DNA of 63,685 bases, filler included, from Chiloscyllium plagiosum (taxonomy: Eukaryota), in the NCBI RefSeq assembly GCF_004010195.1. It is 4 parts of one record of this genome, joined end to end, with 100 filler letters (N's around TTAATTAATTAA, not from the genome) between each part and the next. Parts side by side here need not be neighbours in the genome. Positions count along the whole stretch, not along the records: positions 1 to 29,740 come from NC_057710.1; 3 more parts are not named here. The stretch is one strand, 5' to 3'. The translations under genes and the position numbers were made by a program. The notes under the pieces are model-generated. The model was not told the origin of the DNA and did not search any database. It saw only the letters and a list, made by a program, of their open reading frames with translations. Every line of letters starts with the position of its first letter. Within the stretch, counting starts at the first letter, position 1. Below, in pieces: positions 14,601 to 26,600 of this stretch.

Positions 14601-17600
14601 CGACCAGAGGAGATTGAAAGCTGACATAGAGTCATAGAGATGAACAGCATGGAAACAGACCCTTCAATCCAACTCATCCACGCCGATCAGATATCCCAAT
14701 CCAATCTCGTCCCACCAGCCAGCACCTGGCCCATATCCCTCCAAACCCTTCCTATTCATATACTCATCTAAATGCCATTTAAATGTTGCAATTGTACTAA
14801 CCTCCACCGCTTCTTCTGGCAGCTCATTTCATACACAGACCACCCTCTAAGTGAAAAAGATTGACCCTTAGGTCCCTTTTATATCTTTCCCCTCTCACCC
14901 GCAACTGATACTCTCGAGTTCTGTACTCCCCCACACCAGGGAAAAGACTTTGCCTATTTATCCTATCCATGCCCCTCATAATTTTGTAAACCTCTATCAG
15001 GTTACCCCTCAGCCTCCGACGCTCCAGGGAAAACAGCCCCAGCCTATCCAGCCTCTCCCTATAGCTCAAATTCGCCAACCCTGGCAACGTCCTTGTAAAT
15101 CTTTTCTGAATCCTTTCAAGTTTCATAACATCTTTCCAATAGGAAGGAGACCAAAATTGCACGCAATATTCCGACAGTGGCCTAACCAATGTCCTGTACA
15201 GCCTCAACATGACCTCCCAACTCCTGTACTCAATACTCTGACCAATAAAGGAAAGCATACCAAACGCCTTCTTCACTATCCTATCTACCTGTGACTCCAC
15301 TTTCAAGGAGCTATGAACCTGCACTCCAAGGTCTCTTTGTTCAGTAACACTCCCTAGGACCTTACCGTTAAGTGTATAAGTCCTGCTAAGATTTGCTTTC
15401 CCAAAACGCAGCACCTCGCATTTTTCTGAATTAAACTCCATCTGCCACTTCTCAGCCCATTGGCCCATCTGATCAAGATCCCGTTGTAATTTTCGCTGTC
15501 CACTACACCTCCAATTTTGGTGTCATCAGCAAACTTACTAACTATACCTCTTATGCTCACATCCAAATCATTTATATAAATGATGAAAAGTAGTGGACCC
15601 AGCACCGATCCTTGTGGCACTCCACTGGTCACAGGCCTCCAGTCTGAAAAGCAACCCTCCACCACCACCCTCTGTCTTCTACTATTGAGCCAGTTCTGTA
15701 TCCAAATGGCTAGTTCTCCCTTTATTCCATGAGATCTAACCTTGCTAATCAATCTCCCATGGGGAACCTTGTCGAACACCTTACTGAAGTCCATATAGAT
15801 CACGTCTACCACTCTGCCCTCATCAATCCTCTTTGTTAGTTCTGAAACTGAATCAAGTGTGTCAGACATAATTTCCCACGCACAAAGCCATGTTGGCTAT
15901 CCCTCATAAGTCCTAGCCTTTCCAAATACATTTGCATCATGTCCCTCAGGGTTCGCTCCAACAACTTTCCCACCACCAACGTCAGGCTCACCGGTCTATA
16001 GTTCCCTGGCTTGACCTTACCACCTTTCTTAAACAGTGGCACCACGTTAGCCAACCTCCAGTCTTCCGGCACCTCACCTGTGAATATCAATGATACAAAT
16101 ATCTCAGTAAGAGGCCCAGAAAGCATTTCCCTAGCTTCCCACAGAGTTCTACGGTACACCTGATCAGGTCCTGGGGATTTCAAGACATCCAGCACTTCTT
16201 CCTCTGTAATCTGGACATTCCACATATTCCATATCCTTTTCCACAGTAAATACTGATGCTAAATACTTGTTTAGTATCTCCCCCATTTTCTGTGGGTCCA
16301 CACAAAGGCTGTCTTGTTGATCTTTGAGGGATTGTATTCTCTCCCTAGTTACCCTTTTTTTTAGATTAGATTAGATTACTTACAGTGTGGAAACAGGCCC
16401 TTCAGCCCAACAAGTCCACACCGACCCACCAAAGTGCAACCCATCCAGATCCATTCCCCTACATTTACCCCTTCACCTAACACTACGGGCAATTTAGCAT
16501 GGCCTATTCACCTAATCTGCACATTTTTGGATTGTGGGGGGAAACCGGAGCACCCGGAGGAAACCCATGCACACACAGGGAGAATGTGCAAACTCCACAC
16601 AGAGAGTTGCCCGAGGTCGGAATTGAACCCAGGTCTCCGGCGCTAACCACTGTGCCACCGTGCCACCCACAGAGAGGGCAGCCCTGCCTGACTACAGATC
16701 TGACTGGGAAGCTATCTGATTCCCACCTATTGATTGAGACTGCACTGACAATGTTGGTGTAGAGCAGTCTGATCCAATTGCATACCACAGCACTCCAACA
16801 GAACCTTCTTTGTCCTTAATGTATTTGTAAAAAACCTTTGGATTCTCTTTAACTCTATTTGCCAAAGCTATCTCATGTCCCCTTTTTGCCCTCCTCATTT
16901 CCCTCTTAAGTGTACTCCTATTGCCTTTATACTCTTCGAAGAAAAATGATGAAATAGCAGCTTAGAGGGAGAGTTTAACTTTAGCTATCATTGTCAATTC
17001 TTTCGCAAATTGTGCCTGGTTTGAAAATTATTGTTTCATCCAAGTTTTTGTTCAAACTAATTTGTATCTCGCCAAATGCTATAAACCAGCGCAATTGGAC
17101 TATGCTTTAAAGTACTCTTATTTTAAATGTTGCTTTTAAAATTAATCCTTGGTATATTTGAGAGTGTTAGCTTCATGAAATTTAATTAATAATGTTGAAA
17201 ATGTAATTATCGCAAAAATAAGAATTTTAAATCACTGTATTGACCCAACATGGGAGTAATTCAGTTTTAAGTTGCTAAAATGTTCAAAAATAAAGAAATT
17301 TCTATTCTGATTAGATTGAGTTTTAGTAGTAAACAGGTTTAAATTAAAAATATACCAGTTCGTGACGTCGAGCTCAAAATTTGCAGCCTGATATTTGGTT
17401 TCTTTGTGAACATCTATAAATAAAGCTGGCTGGAGGAAGCTCCCAATGATGATGATTTATATCTGTAGCTGTAGCCAGTTTTATGGGTGGGGATTATCTT
17501 TAAAGCAAGTACTAAAAATCGTGGAAGCTCAAAGCTCAATTTATGCTGCACACAATTTATATTTAAAATGTTGTGATAATTTGCCTTGACCTTGCTAATA

Positions 17601-20600
17601 TTGAAAAATTGTAGTAAAAACACCTACAGCAAGACTTTATAGCTGCATCTAATGTATTTTGTGAAATAAAGAAATACTGACAATTAAAAAATTGTCATTT
17701 TTTAACTCCTTTTCTCTTACAATTTGATCTCTTCGTCATTGGTCCTTTCATTCGTGGCACTGGGCACTTAATGGCAATCACAATTAGCTACAAAGGAATG
17801 AAGCGATCAAAGTTGGAAAAGTTTATATTACATCAAATTCTGGACTTTAAACTGTCAAAACTTTGGGTTCGGGCCAACTTTCTATTGCAACAAGGGGAAA
17901 TATTCATTTATTTTCCCACTCAGAAAAAATGAAAAACTGTCTTTCACATGGCAATGAATGAGTAACAAAAGGAAATGCTGCACTGTCTGAAGCATACTTT
18001 GTCTCAGAATCTAATTCTATTAATAGCAGCTAAAATATGATTTGTCTACAGATATTATGTTTTAGTGCTTATCAAGCAGCTAGTGAGATATTTAACTGTC
18101 AGATCATTTATAAATGTCAGATTATCACTTATAGTCTTCTAAATGTCAGACCATTGTGCCCTATAGTGCCAATTGTGCTGAAAATAGGAAGACAGCAGCA
18201 TCAAAAGTCTTAGGTGAATGATAGCAAGGACATTTTGAATAGGAGAAGCTGAGTCACTGCCTCCACTATCCATACATCAACATTTAAAGAACAAAGTTCA
18301 GGTTCAATTAAACCAAAATCCCCGGAGGTGGCAAGGTGGGACAAGTAAAACCAGAAGTTGTTAGATAATAAAAAAGACAGCGAGTAAAATGAAGCAGATA
18401 AGGGTGCATTGTTGTTAGGTCAGTAATCACTAGGGTGATTATAAAAAGTTCAGAAGGTTTAGTTTGGTGAAAAAAGAGAAGCAGAGTGAAAGTTTCTGAA
18501 GCGACTGACAACTAGATTAATATGGAATCCAAATGCCTTCTGCAGGTAGGTAAATAGCAAAACACTGGAGTGGGACAAATTAGAGATCAAAAAGTGAAGT
18601 GTGCATGGAGGTAGAGGGAGTGGCCAAGTTATTCAATGAGTAATTAAATGAAATTTATTGGATACATTTGGAAAGGGAAACTGAGTTCATATGTCAGGTC
18701 GTAACTTTTCACCAAAAGTTCATCGGAAAGTCATGACCTGAAATATTAATATTGTTTCTCCCTCTACAGATGCTGCCAGACCTGCTAACTATTTTCAGTG
18801 TTTCTATTTTTATTTAAGTTTTACAGCATCCACAGAACTTTGTATTTGATGAGTAGCTTGCGTCAGCCTTTTGGAGAAGAGGTTGCCAAAGGCACAGTGA
18901 GAAATGAGGTAGTTGAATGGGCTAAAATGAATAACGAGGGCTGTTAGAAGGTTGGCTCTTCTCAAAATTGATACATCACCAGGACCAAATCAGATGCTTC
19001 TGAAGGTAAATAAAGAAGTAAGGGTGGTAGCTGCAAGGCACTGACAAATATCTCAAAATCTTCCATAGATACAAACATGGTAGAATAGAATCCTAAACGT
19101 GCCAGATGTGCAAATATTACACTCTTGTACAAAAAGTAATGTCAGGTTAAAATAATGAATTACAGAGCAGTCAGTGTAACCTTTGGGTAGGAAAGATTTT
19201 CGATACAGTTATCTGGGACAAAAATTATAAACAACAACTTGGGCAGATGTGAATTAATGAAGGAAAGTGAGCATAAATTTGTTGAGGACAAGTCCTGTTT
19301 AATTGAATTGATTGATTTTTTGATCAGCGAAGGCTGATGAGGATATTTTTCATTCTTACATCGACTGAGCATTGTTGGCAAGGCCAGAATTTGTTCACCA
19401 TTCCAAATACCTTTAATTTGGTGTTCTACTTCAGTATTCCTCTTCTTGAAGAAGGTGGAGCCATCATCATGTTCTTTGGGCTGATCTTTTCCTGCCCACA
19501 ATGTCATAGTGCCAGGGTTCCTGGTCTATGAGGGTGGTGTGACGTTCATTGAGTGAAGAAATTGCTCATCTCGGTCCTAAATAATCAATTGTTTGTCTTC
19601 AAATTACACCCCCCCCCCCCCCCCCCCACCCACCACCCCACCCCTTGGTTTAAATTCCTTACTCATGAGGAACAATGTCTCAGTATTAAATTCTTTTATA
19701 ATATTACATATCTCAGTAAGATCAGCCTCCCATCATATGACAGTCTACTCATTCCAGGGCCAGCCTAGTGAGCCTTCACTGTGCTCTCTCTGATGCAAGT
19801 AAATCTTTCCTTAAATACAGGGTCCATAATAAAGTTGATATCTGGTATCAACTGTCTGAAAATGTGATGGAGGCAAATTCTATCCTGACTTTCAAAAGGA
19901 AATTGGGTCATTATCTGAAGGGAGAGAATTGCAAGGCTATAGGAAGTGGGATAGCAGAACTGCTTTTGCAGAGAGCCTGTGTAAATATGATAAAATGCTT
20001 GGCCCCTTTTGTTGCTGTAATTGTTCTATAATTCTAAGATTCTATGAATTGAAGCTGATCCTACACAAAGTAGAGCCCTCCAATTAGTCAAATTCAAAGA
20101 TTCAGTCTACCTATCACTCTGTCTGTTTCTGTCTCTTTAGATTGGAATTATGTAAACACCATTTTCTGTCCTGCCTCCCTGTTTATCCCCACACCAGTGT
20201 CACAGAGTAAAGCTTTCTTTCTTCCTTCCTTCCAATATTAATTAATTCCACGTTTTTAGTTGTACTTTCTTCACACCAGCATTTTGTTTTGGTTTCTTGT
20301 ATTCTTGAATGGCTCCGTACACTTACATAGTAAGTTACATAATACCATAAAGGCCCCCTAAAGTTACAGTGACATATTCTGCAATGTAACAGGTTCAACT
20401 TCATTGAGATACCCAATTAATTATTTGTGCTAACTGAAATCGTGAGCTTTAAGTGCTGCCCATATAACACCTCTTTATCTGACAGTTGCCAGTGCATCCC
20501 ATCATTTGTGCGCAGGGCTCTGCATTTGAGGCTGTGTTGTGAGCCGTAAAAGTAACATTTTATAATGGTGTCTCCATATCAACAGAGGAAATGTGAGAAA

Positions 20601-23600
20601 TATCTAAATATGTTGGCAGAGAGCTAATGTATTTACAAGGTTGTAATAATGCCTGTCATCTTACTCTTTCATGCAGCAACTAAAGTTCATGCACACTCCA
20701 CACCAGTTCCTGCTCCTTAGCAGTCCACCGGCCAAAGAATCCAATTTCAGGGCAGCAAAGAAACTTTATGGGAGCACTTTTGCATTTCAGTAAGTTCCCG
20801 TTCTCTAAATCTCCAAAGCTATGAATCATAGTTAAAAATTGTAATGCCTTGTTTGCACTTGCATGGGTAAATGGTATTTCATTACCATCTTTTACTTTCA
20901 AATAGAACCGGAATGAGGGAATGTCTTTGAGAGATTAAAGACAGAATCTATTTGTTAGAGTTCAGAAACAATGAGGGAGTTATTAAAGTACTTGGTATGT
21001 TTCATAGACCACCAAAAAGAGTAGGAAGATGATAAAGGAGTCGTTTTACAAATCAGATACTGCAAGATGTAAGAAACATTGCTCTCTATTCCAAGCACAC
21101 AATGTTAATTGGGACATTCTGTGAAAGACAGAGAAAAAGAATATCTGAATTCTCTTTGGGAGAACTTTCTTGCCCAATGAGAATGAAGGTTTTTCTGCAT
21201 CAAATTTTTGGAAGGAAATGGTTCAAGTGGAGAATATCACATCACATTTGCAAAGCATCTTAGTTATAATGATCATTGTACCATAGATTTTTAGATCGAT
21301 TCTTAACCTTGAGTTCCCTGCCTGAAGACTGGTCTGATCCATAAGACCACAATCCCACTGAGGCCTTCCCCAACTCCACCACAAACAGGAAATGAATTGA
21401 GCCCTGTGGTGTTAGCACTAGTCTGATCCAATTGTCGAATCAACTGTGGCCTACTCCACACCCAACCCAAGGAGTTTGAATTGCTATAAAATTCTACATA
21501 CATGTTTTTGACTGGAGCTATGGAGCAGAATGACAGTGTCTCATAATTTCTTTTCATCTCTGACTGACCAGGAACCAATTCTGCTTTTATCAATTATGTA
21601 TGTTGGAAGGATTTGCAAGTATACACTCTGTGTGTTTGGCCACGTTATGAATGAATCTTCCTTGGCCATCAAGGCCTGGGGAGCAACTTGAACCCAGAGA
21701 AATAGAGCACGAGAGACAGGGGTGCAACCTACTGCATCACAAGACTGCCTACATTTTAGATTAATGATGGAAGAACAAACCTGTAATGGCAGTACTTATC
21801 TCAGGGACCCTCAACAGGAGCGGGGGGACCTGCCTCAGGTAAATTAGACAAATATAACAGACATGAGTGTCATAATTCAAGGAAGAATCAAGTTGGATCT
21901 AAAAAGTACAAATAAAAACACAAACAGAGGCAGCCAAATGGCCCTGTGCTGTGCTGTAACCATATGAGAGGTAAACATGATAAAACTAAGAGGGGAACAG
22001 AATACGTTGGTGATTAATATTAAAGGAAATGCAAAAAAAGTCATCTGTAGGCACATTCACATCTAAAACAGATTTGTAGAAGATGTCTGCAGCCAATTAA
22101 GGGATAAAACAGTCACCTATTGGTTGAGGTCAGAAGGCATAACTGAGGCCCTAAATGAATACTTTTTCAAAGAAGATGACTTTGCTAAAGCCATGATAAA
22201 TGACGAGGATGCTGGAAAGCAAGATGAGGCAAATTTAGAAAAAAAAGAGAAAATTTTATAAAGACCAGTCCTGTTCGACTGACAGAAGGTACGGGGAACA
22301 TGGAAATTCCTCCTTGAACAATGCCAGAATTATGCAATTGTTATGGATTTGTTAAATAAACTAGAATAAGTGCCAGTCACTTATCACTGATCAGACGAGA
22401 CTGTTTCAAAATATGTTCCCCTCCTAAATCTCTCTGAAGAGCAGTAAAAATCCCAGGCAGAAATTTTAAGGAAACACTTTCAGCCAAGTAAACAATGCAT
22501 ATTCAATACTAAGGAACAACCTGATAATGAGTCCATTGATCAGTGCATAACATGTTTAAATCAGCTTGGAAAAGTAAAGGATAACCTAATTAGAGATGGG
22601 ATTGGAAGTGGAATAAGGTTTTCAATGGAAAAAGTATGCCTATAGAAAGACAAATGTACACTCCAATGAGTAATTGACCTCAACAAACAGAGTAAATTAA
22701 TGGTTGAAGAGACTACATCTTGCGCATGATCATGCATGCCATTTTTTTTCTTCGTGTCTATATAAAAGGGGAATGTTTGGATTGAAATACAATCCTATAC
22801 AAATATCTGTTCTGGTCAGCCATAGTCATATGACTGCTATTATGAGGGGCACACCTTAAACTTCACTTCAATAAACTGTTTTGTATACGAACAGAGAAAG
22901 AGAGAAGCAATGAGAGAGTCTGCAAAGATTGTGTATTGTTTTTCAGATACTCAAACTGTTTTTGTTTTATATCTAGTGGCTCACATATAGAGAACTGGCA
23001 CTCCATTTTAAGAAATGGTTTAATTGTTGCATCAAATACGCGATTACAGGTAAGATCTGGCAGAGCAAAAATAGTATAGCTAATAGGGATGGTTCTGTAG
23101 TCTGGGAAGGATAATTGCAACCTTCCAGTGGATAATTTTTCCTCTGTTAGTTTTAATTATTGGAAATTTCACAGGATCTGTGCCTGAGATTTCCTGAAAA
23201 ATGTTCGCTTTATATGCTTCTCCCCAACATTATGTAATACCTCTTTGCAAAGCTTTGATACAATGAAATATAACAATCCCAATTTAAGTGTTAACAACAT
23301 TACCATCACTAACCTACATTTTGATGTCAAATAATAGCCAGTTTAAAGGTGCTCCCTATTATAAATATGTGAATCATGCATCAACTGAGAGAAAGAAAGA
23401 GCAAATGATTTGTAAATCGCAAGTTACATAACTGCACTGATAACTTCATGAAAACAGCTTGCAGTTGTAACTTCAGCTCACATCTCAGCCGGATTGATGG
23501 ATGACTAGTAGAGAAAAGATTGTTCACAATAGCCATGCTTCTGCCACTATGTCGCCTATAGTGTCCACTTGCTGCCACTGACTAGCCATCATGACTCCTA

Positions 23601-26600
23601 GTTAAAAACAAGGACTGCAGATGCTGGAAACCAGATTCTAGATCAGAGTGGTGCTGGCAAAGCACAGCAGTTCAGGCAGCACCCGAGGAGCAGGAAAATC
23701 GACGTTTCGGGCAAAAGGTCTCTATTCCTGATGAAGGGCTTTTGCCCGAAACGTCGATTTTCCTGCTCCTCGGATGCTGCCTGAACTGCTGTGCTCTTCC
23801 AGCTCCACTCTAATCTAGAATCATGACTCCTAGCCCCCACAGGTTCCCATCGTGATACACTTTATAGTTTTCTGTATGTTTGTCCATATAACATGTACCA
23901 CACAGTTTTGTTGCGACAGTTACTTTGAAGGTTTTAACAACATGAACTATTAACATGTCTACAAAATCACAGACTAACACACAGAGTTTGGATTCTGTCT
24001 TTACTGACATTACTGATTATTACATACACATAACTGACTGAAGTTACTACATTGACTCCATTTCATCGAGCAGGTGACTGCAGAGGAAGCAGGTACCTTT
24101 ATACGTCATGTAAGTGTCTTAAGGGTACAGGTCTGTTTGGTTTATAATCAGTTATATGATGTAACACCTCCCCCGTTCCTAGTCCTGCCAAAACACTCCA
24201 AAAAACTGAGTTCACTGTGGTCAGCAGTAAACAGAGTTTAGATCAGAGTGGTGCTGGAAAAGCACAGCAGGTCAGGCAGCATTCGAGGAGCAGGAAAATC
24301 AGCGTTTCGGGCAAAAGCCAAATTCCTCATGAAGAGCTTTTTCCCGAAACATCAATTTTCCTGCTCCTCGGACGCTGCCTGACCTGCTGTGTTTTTTCAG
24401 GACCACTCTGATCTAAACTCTGGTTTCCAGCATCTGCGGTCCTCACTTTTGCTCAGCAGTAAACAGTCAGGCAGACAAAATATCATTCCACACCTCCAAA
24501 GAAAACCTGTGAATGCATTTTACAGAAGAATTTCTCCATTTCGGGATGTGAATGAGCTATATTCCATGCTCGTTGTACCACATGCTGTTCTTGCAACAGG
24601 ACACTCCATTGAAAGGCAAAAGCCCTTCATCAGGAATAGAGGCCTTCTGACAAAGAATTTCTGACTTTTAAATGAAGACCCTCATTATTTTCAAGCAGAT
24701 GCACCAGTTTGATCTGGGTATCTGTATATTGCCTAAATGGCCTGCAGATTCTGTGGGTGGAAACTTCTGTTTTCTTTGTCTCCCTCGCTTGTTGAAAATG
24801 TGACAAGACAGCCAGTCTGACTTTCCAGAGCACAGCCTGCTATATCTTCTACTAGTCAGGCTGTTTAGAGATCGCCAAGCCCTTTTCTGAAATCTGAAGT
24901 GCCCACCTCCACAACCATCGTCTCCAAAATAAAAAACATTGTGGTTTCTGTAACTATGTGTTCATGTAATTACTCATTTGCCTTTTTTTAAACCTCTCCA
25001 CTTTCTATAGCTTCATGGTGCAGTGTACGGGAATGGCATCTACCTTAGCCCATTGTCAAGTATTTCTTTTGGTTACTCAGGCAAGTACATGTTGTCTTTA
25101 TCATCATTTAATGTTTTGAACCTTAACTACAATGGCCATTATTTTATACAAGTGCCACTGTCGTTCTGTATTGGCCCTCGAATGTTTTACTCACTGATTT
25201 TTCTTCAACATTTTTTCATAATTTCTTGTGTGAAATCTTGTAGAAATGTGAGGGACTGTAACAGTATCAATCTAAGTGGCCACTGTAGGCATTAGTTTAG
25301 AGAATTCAGCCAGAGCCTCCTAGAAATAACTAGACAGTGCTCTGTGGTATTAAGGGATATGCAACTGATAGCAATGTAATTGATGTCACTCTGACATCAA
25401 CAGAGCAGAACAAAGCATAAACACAAGCAGAGAGAAGTCTGTCATGGAGTAGGAGTATGTCACTGTGTAAGAGCTGTTTTCAGTAAGCTGTGTAAATAAT
25501 GAGTGCAAGAGTATAAAGAGAATAACAGAACCTTACATTAGCTTCAGGGTGAACTAGGATTACTAGTGACCAAGTAGAGTAGTAGCCTAGTAAGGGAGCA
25601 GCCTCAAATTGGATATATGTCAACACCCAATGCCCAGAGAAACAAAAGGTGAATCTGTGTACTCATAAAACATGTTAACAGTAATGTTAGCAAAACAGAT
25701 ACTGAAACAAGGATTATATTAAAGCATTCTAGCGCTGCCTTTGTAAGGAGGCTACATAAATTGCTCTTTGAAATTCAAATCATCTTGCTATGTTGAGGTC
25801 TCAATCCCAATTTCTCCCTTTAAATGTGAATAAAACTTTCAGTGAGTTTTCTGATCTCACAGAGTACCAGAATCATAGAATCCTGACAGTGTGGAAGTAG
25901 GCCCATCAAGTACACACCAACCCTCTGAAAAGCATCCCACTCAGACCCACCCTATCTTTGTAACCTTGCATTCCCCATGATTAATTCATCCAACTGACCT
26001 ATCCCTGGACAGTTTTGGTAATTTCAGTATGGCAAATCCACCTGACAGGAGCACCCAGAGCAAACCCACCCAGACCTGGGGAGAATGTGCAAACACCACA
26101 CAGACAGTCACCTGAGGGTGAAATTGAACCCAGGTCCATGGTACTGTGAGGCAGCAGTGCTAACCACTGAACCACCAAGCTGCCCACTAATAGCCTGTAT
26201 TCAAATGGCGGCAACCAACAAGGCAGGAGTTTTGGACTTTGGACTTAAATATCATGTAGAGGGCAGAGTAATAGCTGTACTGTTCTAGATTTCCACCTCC
26301 ACCCCACTTAGGTCCATGAGGGACTAATGATAGTCTTCCTGCCCATCAATTGCAACTGAATGTGGCCAATTAATGATAATTTAAAATACCTTATAATGCC
26401 TTCCCTGAGCTCTCAGAGATGACTCCTAGTGCAGCATGTCTAATAGACACCTCCTTGATAGGAGATTATCGATGATTTGGCATCAGGAAGAGTCCACTGA
26501 GACCCAGATGCTCTCTACACTTTCTCCCCCATGACCCCCCACTCCACAAACCCCCTCCTGCCATCACTGACCTGTGGCATGGGCCTGGGGTGGGGTGGTC

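Larger units (their letters stand above)
14627..16940 (-). mobile_element. Younger CR1 LINE, ORF2 RT region with frameshifts
   Basis: ORFs 15836..16225, 15354..15869 and 14824..15468 (-) give [37 protein letters not shown] and EYCVQFWSP. Confidence 0.95.

Noticed and set aside
14824..16225. Three long RT-like ORFs as an active reverse transcriptase gene
   Set aside because: Frameshifted, 5'-truncated CR1 ORF2 interrupted by a SINE; not a functional or novel RT system.
19608..19645. Poly-C tract giving a polyproline ORF
   Set aside because: Simple low-complexity sequence inside a decayed CR1 fragment.
22947..22976. Upstream in-frame AG (22945-22946) as an alternative acceptor
   Set aside because: It would insert 10 codons within the conserved FHGS motif and destroy the His; no supporting evidence.
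25023..25295. 90-aa ORF as a long terminal PARP8 exon
   Set aside because: Similarity to PARP8 stops at GYSG; the rest is intron read-through past the GC donor.
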